64,000 nt of DNA, taken from NCBI GenBank assembly GCA_020160955.1, contig JAIUOX010000009.1, forward strand, positions 34 to 64,033, in the 5' to 3' direction. The position numbers and the translations under genes are program-made. Source of the stretch: Pseudomonadota bacterium (GTDB lineage Bacteria; Pseudomonadota; Alphaproteobacteria; Reyranellales; Reyranellaceae). Under the pieces are notes generated by a model, which worked only from the letters and a program-made list of their open reading frames with translations, did not search any database and had not been told where the DNA came from. Shown here in pieces: positions 58,954 to 64,000 of this stretch. Each line of letters opens with the position of its first letter. Positions within the stretch are counted from its first letter, which is position 1.

Positions 58954-61900
58954 ATGGTCCTGTCCCGTCGCCTCCTTCGCCGGCTTGCCTGGACGGTGGT
59001 GGTTCTCGGCGCCCTGTTCGGCGCCTACGCGTCGCTGCCGCTGATGATCGATGCCAACGTGTGGAAGCCGGCGCTCGTCCAGGCCGTCAAGGAGGCGACC
59101 GGCCGGGAACTCGTGATCGACGGGCGGATGCGCCTGCGCATGTTCCCGTGGCCGCGGCTCAGCGTGCAGCGGGTGCACTTCGCCAACGCGCCGGGCGCGG
59201 TCGGCGCCCAGATGGTCGAGGTCCGCTGGGTCGGCGCCTCGCCGTCGTGGTGGGCCCTGCTGCAGGGCCGGCTCGAGGTCGGTCGGCTGATCCTGTCGCA
59301 TCCCGTGATCGTGCTCGAGACCGATGCCGACGGTGTGCCCAACTGGCAGTTCCGGCCCGGCGCGGGCGCGATGCAGCCCGAGGGCGCGCCGGCCTCCGGC
59401 TTCCATCTGGCGATCGGCGAACTGCGCATCGTGCAGGGCACCATCAGCTACACCAACCCGCAGACCAAGCAGACCTTCCGGGCGACCGAGGTCGATGTCA
59501 CGGCCTCGGTCGGGTCGCTGCAGGGGCCGCTGTCGATCAAGGGCCTGGCGACCGTGAACGGCGTCCCGCTGTCGGTCGATCTCGCGCTCGGCGAGCCCTC
59601 CGAGAAGGGCCAGGACCTGTCCTTCCTGTTCCAGGTCCTGAACGGTCGCCTCGAGTTCAAGGGCCGGATCGACGGCCTGCGCCCCGATGCCAGCTTCAAG
59701 GGCCGGCTCTCGGCCACCACCGGCGAGCTGACCGAGTTCGTCGGCAACATCGTGCGCGCCATCGGCCGCGACTCGGCCTTCGATTCGGCCAGCATCGAGC
59801 GGTTCACGTTCGATGGCGCCGTCGACATCACGCCGACGCGGGTCGCGCTCGACGCCTTCACCCTGGTCGCCGGCAGCGAGAGCGCCAGCGGCCGGCTGGC
59901 GCTCGAGGTCGGCGGCAAGGTGCCGTCGCTCAAGGGCGAGGTCTCGATGCCGCGCTTCGACCTCGGCCGCTGGCTGGCGCTGCTCGACCAGCCGGGCCTG
60001 TTCGCCTGGCCGTTGGCCGCCGTGCCGCCGGCTCCCGTGCCGCCGGCCCCGCCGCCGCCCGCCAAGGGAACGGTGCCCACCGCCCAGCCACCTGCCGCCC
60101 AGCCACCCGCCACCAAGCCGCCGGCCGCCGCGGGCCCGGCACCGGCCGCGCCGCCGTCGGTGTTTTCCCGCTTCGAGGCCTCGCTCCGGCTCGACGTGGC
60201 CGAGCTCGCCTACCGCGACGGCAGCGCGCGCGACGTCGTCGCCGCGATCGAGCTGCACGACGGCCGCCTGACGGTGCCCGAGCTCAAGGCGTCGTTGCCG
60301 GGCGGTGCGACGCTCGCCGCCAGCCTGAAGCCGGACGGCCAGATCGACCTGTCCGGGCCGCGCCTGCGCGACACGCTGTCGTGGCTGGGGCTCGACACGC
60401 GCCCGGTACCGGCCGACCGGATGCTGGCCTTCGCGATGACCGGTCACGTGATCGGCGTGCCGGTCGGGCTGCAGGTGCCCGACCTCGCGCTGACGGTCGA
60501 CGGCCAGAAGGCGACGGGCAGCGCCGGGCTGGTGCTCGGCCCGCCGCCCGTTCTGTCGGTGGCGCTGCAGGCCGACCAGCTCGACCTCGATCCCTACCTG
60601 CCGCCAGCCCCGACCACTCCGGCTCCGACCGCTCCCGCTGCTGCGCCCCGGCCGGCGCCGGCCCCGGCCGCCACCAAGCCCGCCGCCGCGCCGCCGCCGG
60701 CCGCCACGACAGCGGACAAGAACGCCGCGCTGGTCACGCTCAAGGCGCGGGTCGGCCGGTTGCGCCTCAACCAGCAGACCCTGCGCGCGATCGAGGCCGA
60801 CACCGCGCTGCAGGCGGGCGTGCTCAAGGTCAACGCGGTCAAGGTCGGCGACCTGCTGGGTGGCAAGATCGACGCCCGCGGCAGCATCACCGCGCTGGCC
60901 AGCCAGCCGCGCTTCGACGTCAGCTTCACCGCGTCGTTCCCCGATGGCGACAAGGTCGCGGCCTATGCCGGCCTGCCGTGGTTCGCCAACGGCCACATCG
61001 GCGCGGCCTCGGCCAGCGGCGGCCTGTCCGGCACCGCCGACTCGCTGGCGCTGCGCGACGTCAGCGTGACGATGCTGGGCGCGACCGCGCGGGCCAGCGG
61101 CACGCTCGGCCTCGCCCCGACGTTCCACTTCGAGTTTCCCAGCTTCGGCCTGCAGGCCGCCGACCTCGGTCCGCTGGTCGCGGTGGCGAGCGGCCAGCCG
61201 GCCGCCGGCGGCCTCGGTGCCCTCACGGTCGAGGGTGCGTTCCGCGGCGATGCCGCCCGCGCGGCCTTCGACGGCAACCTGCAGGTGCTGGGCGCGCCGC
61301 TCAGCGGCACCGTCGAGGCGAGCCTCGGTCCGCGGCCCAACGTGACGGCCAAGCTGCGCGTGCCGGCACCGCTCGACCTCAACGCCGTGATGGGCCTGCC
61401 GTCGCGCGCCGCCGCCCCCGGCCCGGCGCCGGCCGCTTCACAGGCCCCGTCACAGGTCCCGTCACAGGCCCCGCAACAGGCGGCGGCCCCCGCCGCGCCT
61501 GCCCCGGCGGCCGCGCCGGGCGGCGACCGGCCGATCAACGTCGCGGCGTTGCGCGCGCTCGATGCCTCGCTGGCGCTGGAGGCGCCCGCTGTCCAGTTCG
61601 ACGCGCTGAAGCTCGACGACCTCGCGCTGGAGGCGACGCTGCGCAACGGCCGGCTGACGATCGGCCGCTTCGCCGCCGGCGCCTACGGCGGCAGCGTCGA
61701 CGTTGCCGGCACGGTGGACGCGACCCGCGAGGCGCTTGCCATCGACCTCAAGGGCAACCTGCGCGGCGTCGATCTCGGCCAGCTGCTGCGCGGCACCGCC
61801 GGGCGCAACAGCTTCGGCAACGAGCACCTGATGCTGGCGGTCGACGGCAAGGTCGACATCACCGACCTCGCGATCCAGGGCGGCGGTCGCTCGGTCGACG

Positions 61901-62358
61901 AGCTGCGCGCCACGCTGGTCGGGCGCGGCCGCATCGGCGGTCACCTCGACACCTCGGTGGCTTCCGGCTCGCTGGGCATGGCCTCGTTCGCCACCGGGCT
62001 CGGCAGCATCTTCAGCACCGAGCTGGGCTTCGGCTCGGCCATGCTGGCCGGCTTCGTCAATCACCAGAGCGCGCTGGCGGGCGATCTCGGGCTTGCCAAC
62101 GAAGTCGTGTCGCTGCGCAAGCAGACGGTGCGGGGCAAGAACGCGCTGGCCTCGATCGACGGCGACTTCAACCTGCGCGAGGGCGTGACCGACACCACGG
62201 TGCGGCTCGACGTCGGCGCGACCGACACGATCGACTACGTGTTCACGGTGAAGGGGCCACTGGCATCGCCGGTCTTCGCGACGCGCGGCGGCACGGCCAA
62301 GGACGCCCAGCCCAAGGACGCCCAGCCGAAGGAGCCGGCGCCAGATCCGAAGAAGTAG
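58954..62358 (+). CDS. AsmA-family protein with Pro/Ala-rich linkers
   Basis: N-terminal anchor; VKEATGRELVIDG, PNW, LDLDPYLP, YGGSV, GVDLGQLL; short tandem repeats at 61441-61480 and 62297-62326. Confidence 0.82.
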   Translation: MVLSRRLLRRLAWTVVVLGALFGAYASLPLMIDANVWKPALVQAVKEATGRELVIDGRMRLRMFPWPRLSVQRVHFANAPGAVGAQMVEVRWVGASPSWWALLQGRLEVGRLILSHPVIVLETDADGVPNWQFRPGAGAMQPEGAPASGFHLAIGELRIVQGTISYTNPQTKQTFRATEVDVTASVGSLQGPLSIKGLATVNGVPLSVDLALGEPSEKGQDLSFLFQVLNGRLEFKGRIDGLRPDASFKGRLSATTGELTEFVGNIVRAIGRDSAFDSASIERFTFDGAVDITPTRVALDAFTLVAGSESASGRLALEVGGKVPSLKGEVSMPRFDLGRWLALLDQPGLFAWPLAAVPPAPVPPAPPPPAKGTVPTAQPPAAQPPATKPPAAAGPAPAAPPSVFSRFEASLRLDVAELAYRDGSARDVVAAIELHDGRLTVPELKASLPGGATLAASLKPDGQIDLSGPRLRDTLSWLGLDTRPVPADRMLAFAMTGHVIGVPVGLQVPDLALTVDGQKATGSAGLVLGPPPVLSVALQADQLDLDPYLPPAPTTPAPTAPAAAPRPAPAPAATKPAAAPPPAATTADKNAALVTLKARVGRLRLNQQTLRAIEADTALQAGVLKVNAVKVGDLLGGKIDARGSITALASQPRFDVSFTASFPDGDKVAAYAGLPWFANGHIGAASASGGLSGTADSLALRDVSVTMLGATARASGTLGLAPTFHFEFPSFGLQAADLGPLVAVASGQPAAGGLGALTVEGAFRGDAARAAFDGNLQVLGAPLSGTVEASLGPRPNVTAKLRVPAPLDLNAVMGLPSRAAAPGPAPAASQAPSQVPSQAPQQAAAPAAPAPAAAPGGDRPINVAALRALDASLALEAPAVQFDALKLDDLALEATLRNGRLTIGRFAAGAYGGSVDVAGTVDATREALAIDLKGNLRGVDLGQLLRGTAGRNSFGNEHLMLAVDGKVDITDLAIQGGGRSVDELRATLVGRGRIGGHLDTSVASGSLGMASFATGLGSIFSTELGFGSAMLAGFVNHQSALAGDLGLANEVVSLRKQTVRGKNALASIDGDFNLREGVTDTTVRLDVGATDTIDYVFTVKGPLASPVFATRGGTAKDAQPKDAQPKEPAPDPKK

Positions 62359-62367
62359 GGCGCGGCC

Positions 62368-63039
62368 TCAGGCCGCGCGGGTCTTCAGGATGTCCCAGGC
62401 GTGGCGGAACGCCTTGACCATTTCCTCGGCCGGCACCGCGCCGGAGAACAGCACGTGGCCTTCCAGCGCGAAGCTCGGCACGCCGGAGATGCCGGCGTTG
62501 CGGGCCATCTGGTCGCCGGCCACGACCTCGCGCAGGCCGGCCTCGCCGTCCAGCATCGCCGCCGTCTCGGCCGCGGGCAGGCCACCCCTGGACGCCAGCC
62601 CGACCAGCACGTCGCGCTGGCCGATGTCGGCACCCTCGCAGAAGTAGCCTTCGAACAGCGCCTCGACGACGCCGTCCTGCACCCCGTGCTGGCCGGCCAG
62701 CCGGATCACCCGGTGGGCGTCCAGCGTGTTGGGCGTGCGGGTCAGCCGGTCGAGGTGGAAGTCGAGCCCGACCGTGGCGGCGGTCTCGGTGATGCGCTCG
62801 TCGAGCTGGCGCGACTTCTCGAGGCTGCCGAACTTGGCGATGCGGTACTGGGCGCGGTCGGCGCCCTCGCGCGGCATGTCGGGATTGAGCTGGAAGGGGT
62901 GCCAGGCCACCGCGAAGTGCAGCTTCTGCTCGGCCAGCATCACGAGCGCCCGCTCGAGCTGCCGCTTGCCGATGTAGCACCACGGGCAGATCGCGTCGGA
63001 GATGACGTCGATGCGGGCGACCGGCTTTGCCTGGTCCAT
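62368..63039 (-). CDS. DsbA-family (FrnE-like) oxidoreductase
   Basis: SDAICPWCYIG, PFQLNP, PNTLDAHR, GISGVPSF. Confidence 0.92.
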   Translation of the reverse strand: MDQAKPVARIDVISDAICPWCYIGKRQLERALVMLAEQKLHFAVAWHPFQLNPDMPREGADRAQYRIAKFGSLEKSRQLDERITETAATVGLDFHLDRLTRTPNTLDAHRVIRLAGQHGVQDGVVEALFEGYFCEGADIGQRDVLVGLASRGGLPAAETAAMLDGEAGLREVVAGDQMARNAGISGVPSFALEGHVLFSGAVPAEEMVKAFRHAWDILKTRAA

Positions 63040-63092
63040 GGCGTTTTCCTTCCCTGTGGAAGAGGCAAGCCTATACCCGCGGCCGCCGTTTG

Positions 63093-63222
63093 TCCTCCCT
63101 GCGCGTGAGCGCGGGGAGGTGTCCGCGCAGCGGACGGAGGGGTCATGGGCAACCCGGGTGAGCCCATGACCCCTCCGTCGCCGGTGACGGCGACACCTCC
63201 CCATGCTGGCGCATGGGGAGGA
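63093..63222. repeat. Multi-hairpin REP-like intergenic element
   Basis: TCCTCCC...GGGGAGG; GACGGAGGGGTCATGGGC...GCCCATGACCCCTCCGTC; CCTCCCCATGC..GCATGGGGAGGA. Confidence 0.75.
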
Positions 63223-63245
63223 AAGCGTAGCTCTGAAAGGCGCGC

Positions 63246-63908
63246 CTAGAGGTGCTCGCGCAGCAGCGCCACGGCGGCGTGCAGGTCGGGCAGGACGCGC
63301 ACGGCGCGGGCGCGGCTGGCCTCGGTCGGCGCCAGGATGTCGGGCACCATGAAGGCCATCATGCCGGCGGCATGCGCCGCCTCGAGGCCGATGTTCGAAT
63401 CCTCGAAGGCGAGGCAGCGCGTCGGGTCGACGCCCAGCCGGCGGGCGGCCTCGAGGTAGACGTCGGGGTGCGGCTTGGGCCGCTCGATGTCGGCGCGCGT
63501 GGCGATCGCGCCGAAATGGCCGATCAGCCCGGCCCGGCCGAGGTAGCGCTCGACCGACTCGCGCTGGGCAGAGGTCGCGACGCCCATCCTGATGCCGCGC
63601 GCGCCGAGGAAGGCCAGCAGCTCGGGCACGCCCGGCTTGACCGGCACGCGTTCCTCCATGTGGCGCGCCGAGTGGCGACGGAAGCACAGCTGGAAGGCCG
63701 GGACGTCGAAGGCCGGCCCGTAGTGCTCCTGGATCATCTCCTCGCACTCGCGGCGCGGCACGCCGACCATGGCGTGGCACAGGTCCATGGTGATCGCGAC
63801 GCCGAACTCGGCGGCGGCATCCTGGTAGGCCCTGATGTAGACGGCCTCGCTGTCGATCAGCAGGCCATCCATGTCGAAAAGGGCGGCCTCGACGGGTTTC
63901 CTCAGCAT
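63246..63908 (-). CDS. HAD-family phosphatase
   Basis: FDMDGLLIDSE, ATS, KPHPDVY, FEDSNIG. Confidence 0.92.
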   Translation of the reverse strand: MLRKPVEAALFDMDGLLIDSEAVYIRAYQDAAAEFGVAITMDLCHAMVGVPRRECEEMIQEHYGPAFDVPAFQLCFRRHSARHMEERVPVKPGVPELLAFLGARGIRMGVATSAQRESVERYLGRAGLIGHFGAIATRADIERPKPHPDVYLEAARRLGVDPTRCLAFEDSNIGLEAAHAAGMMAFMVPDILAPTEASRARAVRVLPDLHAAVALLREHL

Positions 63909-63955
63909 GGTTTCGTTCTAAGCTGCCGCCGGGAAACGGCAAGCCGGAGAATCAC

Positions 63956-64000
63956 ATGCGCATCCACAATCTCTATGTCGACGACAAGGGCGAGACGCAT
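63956..64000 (+). CDS. 5' fragment of a hypothetical protein (MRIHNLYVDDKGETH...)
   Basis: GGAGA RBS then ATG; frame open to the window end. Confidence 0.55.
   Translation, partial: MRIHNLYVDDKGETH

Noticed and set aside
62368-63039. Second selenoprotein in the DsbA-like gene
   Set aside because: CPWC is encoded by ordinary TGC codons with no in-frame TGA

Overview
GC-rich, densely coding bacterial chromosome segment; gene content and REP-type repeats suggest an alphaproteobacterium (inference). It is dominated by catabolic and transport genes: a CoA-transferase/amidase/amidohydrolase cluster, a DapA-like gene divergent from a three-subunit-fused amino-acid oxidoreductase, a nucleoside uptake and salvage operon interrupted by a large beta-helix gene, several ABC and tripartite transporters, and a GntR-RpiB-ABC cluster. 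No rRNA, tRNA, CRISPR, transposase or prophage was seen. The main finding is a probable selenoprotein that the ORF track splits in two. GTG 39389 reads through an in-frame TGA at 39668-39670 to give GD-U-GSCSSC (UGSC family), followed by a SECIS-like hairpin. It is translationally coupled to an unknown 357-aa Cys-containing partner, lies downstream of an SsuD-like flavin monooxygenase, and is divergent from a gamma-glutamyltransferase. Other points of interest are a PHYHD1-like dioxygenase in the nucleoside operon, three sigma54-type promoters, a FadR-type operator, an orphan GH19 muralytic enzyme and tandem Lin0512 paralogues. Family assignments come from motif recognition, not database searches.
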